This document shows positions 49,282-60,531 of a stretch of DNA of 64,000 bases, in pieces; position 1 is the stretch's first letter, and each line of letters starts with the position of its first letter. The notes under the pieces were generated by a model. It was not told where the DNA came from and did not search any database. It saw only the letters and a program-made list of their open reading frames with translations. The DNA is taken from assembly GCF_009914755.1 (NCBI RefSeq), contig NC_060936.1, one strand, 5' to 3'. The translations under genes were made by a program, and so were the position numbers. This DNA comes from the human T2T-CHM13v2.0 reference genome, Homo sapiens.

Positions 49282-52200
49282 TCCACGTCCCTTTAACCCA
49301 GAGCGTGGTTATCCTTGACCTGCACACACCTGCTAGGGGCACTGACGGTGTCTGAGCTTTACTTACAAGCAGGTCCTGAGCTAAGTCCGTACAGGGCATC
49401 TCTTACACCACACTCCACAGCCCGCAGCCTCGGAGCCCCAACCTGCCATGGAGAGCAGCCGTCCCTGTGCCCTGGTGTCTGTTGTTGGCTGACCTCACCT
49501 GGCAGCAGCTGCTGAGTGGGTACTGCTCCCTCCACGCCCCTACTGAGCCCAGCGGCTGGGCCCACCTCAGGTGATGGTGTCCCCAGGAGCAGCCAGATGT
49601 CCTCCACAAGCACCGTATCCACATCGAGCCAGGCAGCAAAGTGGGAGCACAGACGCAGCCCCACAGGCGCAATGGGGGCAGGTGGGGATAGGGACTCCTG
49701 TCTTCCCGCAGGCCCGCGGGGGCCTCCGCCACTGCTTCACACGGTCCACACCTCCCAACCCCCGCCCCCTCCCCGAGGGAGCTTGAGGACCCTGGGTTGA
49801 GAGAGACCCCAGCCCTCCCAGGAGCCTCTGCATCTTGCTGGCAAAGTCACCTGCGTGGGCAAGAAGAGGCACAGACCTCAGCTGGGGCTGCCTGGAGAGC
49901 CCGGGGGTGGCGCAGGTAGAAGCTTCTGGAGAGCGGGAGTGGGCAGGCTGCAGCTCTTGCTCTGGGGGCAGCACCTGGCCCAGCCCAAGAGACCTGCAGA
50001 GGCCGGCAGCTGGGCCTGGGTGCCTGGAACTCAAGAGAACGCCAGAACTCACGGGTCCAGGTATGGTGTGGCCCCTGCGACACCCACAGGTGTGAGTGTG
50101 CATGGAGAGGGAGGGGAGGGCAGGCACTCTGCAAACTGTGAAGTGCGGCGCACCCTGGCAGGTGGTGGGAGCACCTTTAACACCCTCACCTGCTTCTGCT
50201 CCTTGTGGGGTGAGGGGTGGCTGCTCCTTTCTCCAGACCCTCCTGCAGACCCTGATAGGTCAGGACCTCCTGCACTGGGGGCTCTGGGAGCATCTGAGGT
50301 CGTCGGGGCCGGTAAAGCCTGCAAAAGGCTGAGCCTCCCTCCTCCCCTGCCTTTCATTGGAAAGTCCTAACAGCCACATATTTCATTTGAGAAATAAATA
50401 TTCATTAAAATCATATAATATGGATTTATGACTGCATTTGAGGGGAAATTAAAGGAATAAATAACCCATAGGTCTCTGAATTTGTTGTCCTTAGGCGGAA
50501 ATGTCTCCAGCTTGGTTTCCAAGCTTATTTAAATGAACTTGCCTCACTTGTTAGGAAATATGCTTAATTTCTACAGTTCCAGAATCCTTTTTTAGTTTAA
50601 ATTTTTATGTAAAACACATGGGTTTAATATTCTGTTGAAAGTTCAGTAAACTCAAGGCAAATAACATTCTTAAGCAACTTTCAAATGATTCCGCAAAGCT
50701 CTGACATAAATGAGCACACCTGACCGCGCAGAACGCTGCCCCTCCCCCAGCCGAAGGAGTCCATGGAGACCCTATGAGGTCAGAGCTTGAGTGGGGGTGA
50801 CTGCGGGTTTGCACCCTTGGAGCACGGGGGAGTTTCACTGAAGTACCAGGAAGACGTGTTCTGAGCTGAATCCTGGGTTCCCGTGGGGTCAGAGCAGCCG
50901 CCCTGGAGGGGGCTCTTGTCTGCAAATTGGAAGTGCAGCCCCCAAGCCCCCAACCTTAGGCAGAGGCTCCTAAAGGGCAGCACTGGGCGGGAGGTGGGGG
51001 TGGGTGGGAAATGGCTTTCACCCCCGGGAGAGCTCATTCCTGGGCATCAAGCTCACGTGCCCCTGGAGGGTTTCCAGGATCAGGCGCCTGAAGAGTCCTG
51101 AGCCTCATGTCAGACAGAGCCCGCTCCCCACCCTGATGAAACTGACCCCCAGCAGGGGAAAGCCTGGCCAGGCCCACAGAGCCCAGACACCACCTCCCGC
51201 CAACTCATGCGTTTCTGGAGGCCTTGGGGTGTCGCCCACACCCCACCGGCTGCAGCGCCCGCCCGTGTCTTCCTGTTACCCCCTGGGATGTGGCCTCTGA
51301 GGGACCCCCTCCTGTGAGGCTCCCCCGCAGCGGAAGTCCTGTGTGAAGCTGCTCCTGCTGGCTCCCCTCCCCCACTCCCACTGCTCTAAGAGGCCGGGAG
51401 GACCCGCGTGTTTGGGTGGATGTGAATGCTTATTGGCCCAGTGAAGGCGCACCTGCAGAGCGGTTGACATGGGGCTCCTGAGTGGGAAGCAGCAGTGTGG
51501 GCCTGACGTCCGCCCATTAGCACACACCTGAGGCCGCTCCTAAACTGAGTTAGGCTTTGAAACACGTTCTCCGCCAGCTGCTCAGGCAGGGGAGGGAATA
51601 GGCCAGCTTAGTCCTTAGCGGGAAGACCCCTCGTGACCGGTGACGCCGTGGGCTGGGGAACCACGGGAGTCTTAGCGCTGTGTCCTCCCCGGTGCCGCCA
51701 CGGTGCAGTGCTCGTTTTCTCAGGCTGCGTGGCCCAGGCCCCAGGATGGGGCTCCTTGTCTCCTAGCCTGGGATTGGGAGAGGAGAAGGGGGGCAGTGTC
51801 CTCTCCCTCATATTCAGTTTCCACAAAGGCCAGGTGAGAGCTCGTCACATGCCTGGAGCAGTTCTGGGTTCTGGGGCCCTGGTAGAGAATTGAGGCTCCG
51901 AGACCCCTGCCCTCCCAGAGCCCCTTCCTGCACTGAGAGGATCCAGGGCCAGCCTCAGGCCTAGGGCTCACAGACGCCCAGAATCAGGGCCCTCAGGCCT
52001 GAGAGGGACAGCAGAGAAAAGGGGGTCCTCGGGCCCAGCAGACTCAGACTCACCAGGGGGACCTGGGAGGCGAAGCATTGCAGCGTCCTGGACCTGGATG
52101 CTGTTTTCTATCAGGCAGCTTTGGGGATTTCCGGTTGGGACCACCCTCTCCTGGAGGGCAGAGCTTCCTGGCCGTGGATCAGTCATCTCGCCTCTGGTTG

Positions 52201-52906
52201 AAACTTCCCAGTGACAGGGAGCTCACCACCCTCCAGGGGACAGGGAGAAACCCCTTCCTTCCCCTGCCACAGGTCAGCCCAGCCCTGCAGACCACACTAC
52301 CCACTCCTCCGCTCCCCCTGCCCAGGGCAAACTTTCCCTGAATCTCTTCTCCAGCTGACACCTCACCACCAGGCTGTTCCTGCCTCTGAAGTCCCCTCTG
52401 GCCAGAGCAAGTGCCCAGGGAGTGCCAGCAGCTCCAGCTGCTGCCTCCCCTGCCTCCCTGCTGCAGCCTCAGGGCTGAGCAAACCCCGTGGGCCCACTCA
52501 AATCAGGTGCCAGGCAACGATTTGGGCAGCTCAGATGGGAACAATTAGAGGTGAAAGGAGGCTCTGCCAAATGTTGTTTGTCTTTTGCATGCTAATCAGC
52601 TGTAATTGTTAGATCCACATTTATAATGCAAGCAGAGAAGAGAGTTCTCACCCTGAAGCCTGGAGTCTGCTGCTCCCCAAGGCAGAGGGCCCACTGGGGC
52701 TGGGGTTCAGGAAGCCAGTGCTTTGCTATTCCAACTGCAGGGTGTGCTCTGAGGCAGGAGGCCTGCTTTGCGTTCTGGAAACCTCTGAGCTTTTCTACAA
52801 AGGAGCTCAATTCCTTTTTCCTGATGTCCCAACTCCTCCTCCTCCTGCAGCTGAAGCTGGAAGTTACAGCAGCAGAGCACAGGCAACAAGCCCTGCGTGA
52901 CTCAGG

Positions 52907-53127
52907 ACTGGTGTCCCGAGTCCTGGGCTGAGCCGGAGATGACCCCACAGCACAGCAGAGGCTACACTGGTGTCCTGAGTCCCCAGGCTGAGCTGGAGGT
53001 GACCCCGCAGCAGAGCAGAGGCTACACTGGTGTCCTGGAGTCCCCGGGCTGGGCTGGAGGTGGCCCCACAGCAAAGCAGAGATAACACTGGTGTCCTGAG
53101 GCCCCGGGCTGAGCTGGAGGTGACCCT
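52907..53127. repeat. Minisatellite, 59-61 bp unit, ~3.7 copies
   Basis: actggtgtcc at 52907, 52966, 53026 and 53087. Confidence 0.92.
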
Positions 53128-53149
53128 GATCCTGGAAACCCTCCAGGAC

Positions 53150-53475
53150 CTAAGTGGGGCTAGAGAGACATCCAGGTCAGTGTAGACACACCTGGGGGGT
53201 TAGGGAGGCATACAGGCCAGTGTAGACACACATGGGGGTGAGGAAGGCATACAGGACAGTGTAGACACACCTGGGGACTAGGGAGGCAACCAGGTCAGTG
53301 TAGACACACCTGGGGGGTTAGGGAGGCATACAGGCCAGTGTAGACCCACCTGAGGGGCTAGGGAGACATGCAGGCCAGTGTAGACACACCTGAGGGGTTA
53401 GGGAGACACTCAGGTCAGTGTAGACACACCTGGGGGTTAGGAAGACATCCAGGTTGGTGTAGAAACACCTGGAGT
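53150..53475. repeat. Minisatellite, ~39-40 bp unit, ~8 copies
   Basis: caggtcagtgtagacacacctggggggttagggaggcata variants. Confidence 0.93.
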
Positions 53476-53729
53476 TGGCACAGGTAGAGAGAGAGTGAGA
53501 CGCTGATGGTCAGTGCGTGCTTGGCCTGAGGGACGTTCTGGTGTCCCCCTCTGGTTCCTTTGTCCCACCTCCCAGGGCTCCACTTGCCCCCACACTCCAC
53601 CCCACATGCACCCTGACTCCCCAGCCACCCTGTGTCCTCCCCTGGCTCTGCTTCCCATGGAAGACCCGCCCTCCTCTGCTGGCTGCAATTCTGCACCTCT
53701 GTGCCTGGTTCTCCCGCTTGCCCCGAAGG

Positions 53730-54125
53730 CTCCTCTCTCCACAGAGACACCCACCTGTGCAGGTTCCATCTCTTCAGTGCCTTTGCCCTTGGACCTCTGG
53801 TTGGGTTTAGTCCATGGGAGCCCTGGTAAGATCAGAGGGAGGGGGAAGCATGAGGTCGGAGTATTTATGTCCCTGGCTACCAGTGGGGTCATGGTGGCTG
53901 CTGCAGACTTTGATCTTCTATTTCCCTGTCTGTCTCTTTCCTTCTCCTGGTTCCAACCCACACACTCCACCGTCATTCCCTCTGGCCTGGGGGTTGCAGG
54001 GCAGGCCTGCTGTTTCCAGCTCCTCCTCCTGTACCCCTGCCTCCTGTCTGTGCCCTCCTTGACAAACGTCTTATTAATGCTCCTCGGCCTCCTGGCTTCA
54101 TGTGCCATCTATGTCCTGCTTGGAT
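53730..54125 (+). mobile_element. Ancient ERVL-type LTR relic (LTR16/33-like)
   Basis: ctttgcccttggacctctggttgggtttagtccatgggag...gaggtcggagtatttat...tgtgccatct. Confidence 0.45.
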
Positions 54126-55829
54126 TGTGACTCATGCCTACCTTTCAGGGCCCGGTTCAAGTCCCTGCCTTGGATGAATCCTGCATCAGGTGTGTAAACA
54201 CGTGTGCATCGTGAACCTCTATATGGGATTCAGAGATGATTACTCGGGACTTTCGTAATTCTGTTTCTACCTCCTTCACTCATGAGCTCCCTCTTGAGAG
54301 CAGAGGCAGCTCTGTCTCATTTATCTGCAGGTGTCTGCAGGTGGCCTTACACACCCTAGGAGCTTAGTAACACAGCTGGATTCCCTGAGCATGGGGAGCT
54401 GTCTGCAGCTCTAGCCCTGGATGTTTTCAGGACCCTGGAGAGGTCCACGCAGGTGTGGGAGGCTGGAGGTCACTTTCTTCAGGGCAGAAATGGGCAAACA
54501 GAGGATTTCTATGGGCAGCTCTGGAATGAACGTCTGTTTTTGCCTTCTGCTTTGGACAGCTGCTCCTTAATGTCTTCAAACCTCATAGGAAGAACAAAGG
54601 CTGACCCGGGAAAAAGCTCCACTGGGAAGTCTGGGCAGCTGGTATTCTTGGCTCTGCACCACCTCGTGCCCTTCCCGGCACCAGGGACAGACAGGCTCCC
54701 TCCCCCTATGCCTCCGGCTGCGGCATCTGACCACTGGGCCAGGTCTCTGTGTGAGTTTCTTTTCATCTATACACAAAGTTTCTGCTGTGACCTTTTTCCC
54801 CGGCACCGAGTTTACAGGAAGTCTGCTTAAATGGGGCCAGCATTTCTGTGTTTAATAATTCAATGCTTGCGCTCACCGTCAAGCCGATAATTTAGTAACA
54901 GTGGGGAGCTCAGCCTGCCTTCCACCATAGATCATGTTCTGCTTTGCCTTCCAGAGCACACGGGCGGGTGAGGACACTGTCCTTCCCAGCGACGGCTGTG
55001 ACTTTTACATGGCCATTTAATGGCCCCAGTTAATATTAAGCGCTCCCAGTTAATATGATGGCAAGAGGAAAATTGCCTGTGCTGATAGCTGTCCTTGCCA
55101 CCTATAAATTCCTGGGGCATTCACCATATATTACCAAGGAATGCCGCCACCTCCTCGTAATGACCCAGGTGACAAACGGCTCCTGGGTCCACGCTCTTCC
55201 CTACCAGCCCTGGAGATCTTCCCAGCTCTGTCCCAGGAAGGAGTTATTGAGGTGTGGCCCTGGTGTGGCCGGGGACATGTTCCCCAGGGGTGGCTTGCAG
55301 ACCACCTGCCTTAGAAACAGCTTGGCGGGGGAGGGGAGGGCTTTGGATGCACATGTTTGTTCATCCCTGTCCAGAGCCGGACGCTGAGATGGAGGCTGCC
55401 TTTCCCACATTCCCGGGGGTGTCCGTGTCTTGCCGCTTTGGGAACCTCCAATGCAGGGCAGGCGGCCAGGGCTGGGACCCAACGGGACTCGGGTCTGCCC
55501 TGTCCCTGCAGAGTCTTCCCCACAATGGTGCATTGCTCCCTGAGCTGTGCCCTTGCTACTGTGAGTGCCTGTCTGGTGCTCTGGGAGCTCTGTTTGCAGT
55601 TTCAGGCAGTTCTGAGTCCATTTCTAGGGGAGAAGAGGGAATGGCATTGGGCAGAGGAGGCATTGGGAACCAGGGGCAAGGGTGACCCCAGACCACACGC
55701 CCAGGTGTGCAGAGGGAGGCTCCCTGGGTCTGGGAGTCAGTGCGATCTGCCATGAGTCTCCCTCTCCCCAGGGGTGGATCCCTCAACAGTCAATTCCTCA
55801 TGTCTCCGTCGGTGCAGTTTCCTCCAGGC

Positions 55830-56225
55830 AGCAGGCAGAACCCTGCAGGAAGCAGAAATGGCCCAAGTGTTTCACAAGGAATGGTGTAATGAGGTTGCTC
55901 TCAGAACAGTGGCCAGGGAACAGAGATCCTAAAAGGATGTGGGTATCCACAGGACTAGCAAGGGCAGGAGGCGCCCCTCCTTTAGGCTCCAGGACAGGGA
56001 AGGAGGGGGTGTCCTGGCCATGAAGGGATGGATGCTGCTGGAACCACAGATACAGCAGGAAGGGCTGGGGGCAGCCACCAGCTTCCACCTCCTCCTCTCC
56101 CAATCTCCAACTGGGGCCTCCCTTGGCCAAACTCAACAGAAACGATTAGAGGCATCTGTGGGCCGCAGCCCCTATATGTTCTGTCTCCAGGTCAGAGACC
56201 AGGACTAAGAGGCAGCACGTGGAGA
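55830..56225 (-). mobile_element. Ancient ERVL-type LTR relic (LTR33/41-like)
   Basis: ctcccttggccaaactcaacagaa motif and overall layout. Confidence 0.4.
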
Positions 56226-56296
56226 ACGACCAGCAGCATCCATCAGTCAGAGTCACCCTGTCCAGCCCACCCTCTGTCTCAGGTGCCAGGGCATGG

Positions 56297-57953
56297 GGGG
56301 TGGACGTGGTGTGATGTGGAGGGTGGGTGTGGTGTGATGTGGAGGGTGGGTGTGGTGTGATGTGGAGGGTGGGTTTGTGTGATGTGGGGGGTGGGTGTGG
56401 TGTGATGTGGAGGGAGGGTGTGGTGTGATGTGGAGGGAGGGTGTGGTGTGATGTGGAGGGTGAGTTGGTGTGATGTGGAGGGTGGGTGTGCTGTGATGTG
56501 GAGGGTGGGTGTGGTGTGATGTGGAGGGTGGGTGTGGGTGTGATATGGAGGGTGGGTGTGGTGTGATGTAGAGGGTGGGTTTGTGTGATATGGAGGGTGG
56601 GTGTGGTGTGATGTGGAGGGTAGGTGTGGTGTGATGTGGAGGGTGGGTGTGGGTGTGATGTGGAGGGTGGGTGTGATGTGGAGGGTGGGTGTGGTGTGAT
56701 GTGGAGGGTGGGTGTGGTGTGATGTGGAGGGTGGGTGTGGTGTGATATGGAGGGTGGGTTGGTGTGATATGGAGGGTGGGTGTGGTGTTTTGTGGAGGGT
56801 GGGTGTGGGTGTTTTGTGGAGGGTGGGTGTGGTGCGATGTGGAGGGTGGGTGTGGTGCGTTGTGGAGGGTGGGTTGGTGTGATGTGGAGGGTGGGTGTGG
56901 TGTGATGTGGAGGGAGGGTGTGGTGTGATGTGGAGGGTGAGTTGGTGTGATGTGGAGGGTGGGTGTGCTGTGATGTGGAGGGTGGGTGTGGTGTGATGTG
57001 GAGGGTGGGTGTGATGTGGAGGGTGCGTTTGGTGTGATGTGGAGGGTGGGTGTGGTGTGATGTGGAGGGAGGGTGTGGTGTGATGTGGAGGGTGAGTTGG
57101 TGTGATGTGGAGGGTGGGTGTGCTGTGATGTGGAGGGTGGGTGTGGTGTGATATGGAGGGTGGGTGTGCTGTGATGTGGAGGGTGGGTGTGGTGTGATGT
57201 GGAGGGTGGGTGTGGGTGTGATATGGAGGGTGGGTGTGGTGTGATATGGAGGGTGGGTTTGTGTGATATGGAGGGTGGGTGTGGTGTGATGTGGAGGGTG
57301 GGTGTGGTGTGATGTGGAGTGTGGGTGTGGTATGATGTGGAGGGTGGGTGTGGTGTGATGTGGAGGGTGGGTGTGGTGTGATGTGGAGGGTGGGTGTGGG
57401 TGTGATGTGGAGGGTGGGTTGGTGTGATATGGAGGGTGGGTTGGTGTGATATGGAGGGTGGGTGTGGGTGTGATATGGAGGGTGGGTGTGGTGTGATGTG
57501 GAGGGTGGATGTGGTGTGATGTGGAGGGTGGGTGTGGTGTGATGTGGAGGGTGGGTGGGTGTGATGTGGAGGGTGGCTTGGTGTGATGTGGAGGGTGGGT
57601 TGGTGTGATATGGAGGGTGGGTGTGGTGTGATGTGGAGGGTGGGTGTGGTGTGATGTGGGTGGGTGGGTGTGATGTGGATGGTGGGTGTGGTGTGATGTG
57701 GAGGGTGCGTGTTTTGTGATGTGGAGGGTGGGTTGGTGTGATGTGGAGGGTGGGTGGGTGTGATGTGGAGGGTGGGTGTGGGTGTGATATGGAGGGTGGG
57801 TTGGTGTGATGTGGAGGGTGGGTGTGGTGTGATGTGGAGGGTGGGTGTAATGTGATATGGAGGGTGGGTTGGTGTGATGTGGAGGGTGGGTGTGGTGTGA
57901 TGTGGAGGGTGGGTGTGGTGTGATGTGGAGGGTTGGTGTGGGTGTGATATGGA
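56297..57953. repeat. G-rich minisatellite, ~23-bp unit, ~70 copies
   Basis: ggagggtgggtgtggtgtgatgt with ~18-24 bp variants. Confidence 0.97.
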
Positions 57954-59454
57954 GCTCCACCTGGGAAGAGCCACGGCCCCTGTCTCATCAGATCACCCCA
58001 CCTTTTCTCCCAGCTCAGGATTGCAGTATAAGTCCCTTCTCTCTGGCTTTCTCTGCAACCTGCAGTTCCCTGTCCGTCTTGGCCAATTCATCTGATTTGC
58101 AGATGGGGAACCTGCCTGGCACGAATCTTATAGCCCCCAGTTCAGCATTATGAATCTCTCAAGGCCAAGAGCAGAATATTCAGCTGCACTTTTCCCACAG
58201 TACCTATGTTCCCCCAAGGAAAACCCAGTTTCCTTTCTGTCTCCTTCTCTCTCTCTGTCTCCCTCTCTCCCCACCTTCCTTTTGAAAATCAAGAGCAAAG
58301 CTCCCTCCCAACTCCTGGTGTTCCCTGAGCAGAATGAAAGCCAGCCGTGTGAGTTGAAGAAATGAATGAAAGATTGGGAACTGAGTGCCGGAGGAGACCA
58401 GCCCCTGGGAATACGTGAAACCCCCACACTGAACTTTCAAAATCCAAAGAAGAGAATCCTGAGGAAAGATCTGTATCATTTGCCAGGGTGCACGATGTGC
58501 AAGGATATTAACAATTTAACAAACACACATCAAAGAAAGGCATAAGTAGCATTTTTAGTGATAATTTTTTATTGGAAGCATGAATGAGATATAGACATTT
58601 TTCTTGATCTGGTTTAGTAAAATATTACTGATATTAGATAAGCAAATTCCTACTGTAACCCAGAGGACTAAATTGTATGAACAATGTTGTCTGATGTCCT
58701 GGTTGCCAGGCACTGTGGACAGCCACCCCAAAGTCCTCCCCACCTCTTCTTCCTGGCCCTCTCCAGGCAGACAGGATGGAAACTCAGTGCTTGACTGACC
58801 TTTCCAGCCTCCTTTGAAGTTCTGAGAGGCCTCAGGTCTCCTCACCAGAATCAGCTCTCACGTTCGTGCCCAGCAGACCCTTCAGGCAGCTTTCTGAGCT
58901 AGGCTTCTCTAACTCAGAACCAGCGCACGCTTCAGCCCCCCACACCTCCTGCTTGGCCTCCTCTGGCCTCGGTTGATGAGTTGGAAGCTCCCTCCCCTGC
59001 CTCCCTGAGCCCAGGCTCACAAACCCGTCACTGGATGTCTTTATTTAGTGAGCTTTCCTGCCCAAGCCTGCTTCCAGGGCAGGATGTATTGATACAAAAT
59101 CCATCAGGAGATGTGTCTGGGCATTTAATCAATGAGGCTGCAGGGAGCCCCGCGTGACTCAGAGGGTGCCGGGAGTGAAGGCCAGGCAAGAAGAGCATCC
59201 AGAGTGGGCAGAAGGGTGGTTTTTATTTTTGATCCTGTAATGTCAGGCTCCAGCAATTAGTTGTCTATTCCCTGTAATGCTGGCACTGCAGCAGAATTCC
59301 ACCGCAACCTGGATATTTGCCCAGGTACTCATTTTATAACTCCCATGTTCATTCAATAAATACCCTACCTGCATCCTATGTGCCAGACACAGATCCAGAT
59401 GCTGAGAAGAGTCAACTAACAGCTCACAGGTCACACTGAGCTTATGGTCCTGTG

Positions 59455-60531
59455 ATGGAGGGATGGTGATGGTGATGATGATGGTGATGATGGTGATGGT
59501 GATGGTGATGTGATGATGGTGATGATGATGATGATGGTGATTGTGATGATGATGTGATGATGGTGATGATGACGGTGATGATGGTGATCACGATGGTGAT
59601 GGTGATTGTGATGATGATGTGATGATGGTGATGATGACGGCGATGATGGTGATGATGATGGTGATGTGATGATGATGATGATGGTGATGGTGATGTGATG
59701 ATGGTGATGATGATGATGGTGATGATGATGGTGATGATGATGGTGATGATGGTGGTGATGGTGATGGTGATGATGGTGATGGTGATGATGGTGAAGATGA
59801 TGATGGTGATGATGATGGTGATGGTGATGATGGTGATGGTGATGATGGTGATGATGATGATGGTGATGATGATGGTGATGGTGATGGTGATGATGGTGAT
59901 GTGATGATGGTGATGGTGATGGTGATGATGATGGTGATGGTGATGGTGATATGATGCTGATCATGATGATGATGGTGATGATGATGGTGATGATGGTGAT
60001 CATGATGATGATTGTGATGTGATGATGATGATGGTGATGATGATGGTGATGATGATGATGGTGATGTGATGATGGTGATGATGATGATGATGGTGATGGT
60101 GATAATGATGGTGATGTGATGATGGTGATGGTGATGATGGTGGTGGTGGTGATGATGATGGTGATGGTGATGATGTTGATGATAATGATGGTGGTGGTGG
60201 TGATGATGATGACAATGATGGTATGATCATGATCATGGTGATGATGGTGGCGATGGTGGTGGTGGTGATGATAATAGGATGATGATGGGATTATGATGAT
60301 GATGGAATGATGGTGATGATGGTGGTGGTGGTGATGATTATGCTCATGGTGATGGGATGATGGTGGCAATGATGGTGATGATGATGGTAATGTGATGACG
60401 GGAGGATGTTGGTGATGGTGATGGTTATAATGATAATGGTGATGATGATGATGGGATGATGGTGATGATAATGATGTTGGTGGTGATAATGATGCTGATG
60501 ATGGTAATGGTGATGGGATGATGGTGATGAT
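59455..60531. repeat. (GAT/GGT)n trinucleotide low-complexity tract, left part
   Basis: ~1.07 kb of gatgatggt repeats. Confidence 0.97.

Noticed and set aside
53513-54130. 205-aa hydrophobic ORF resembling a membrane protein
   Set aside because: Non-ATG start, overlaps an old LTR relic, and the hydrophobicity follows from CT-rich composition
56146-57988. ~570-600-aa His/Pro/Thr-rich ORFs in three frames
   Set aside because: Translation of a 23-bp C/A-rich repeat strand that lacks stops by composition; not a mucin or extensin gene
59431-60369. Poly-His ORF (312 aa) and poly-Met/Val ORFs
   Set aside because: Trinucleotide-repeat artefacts
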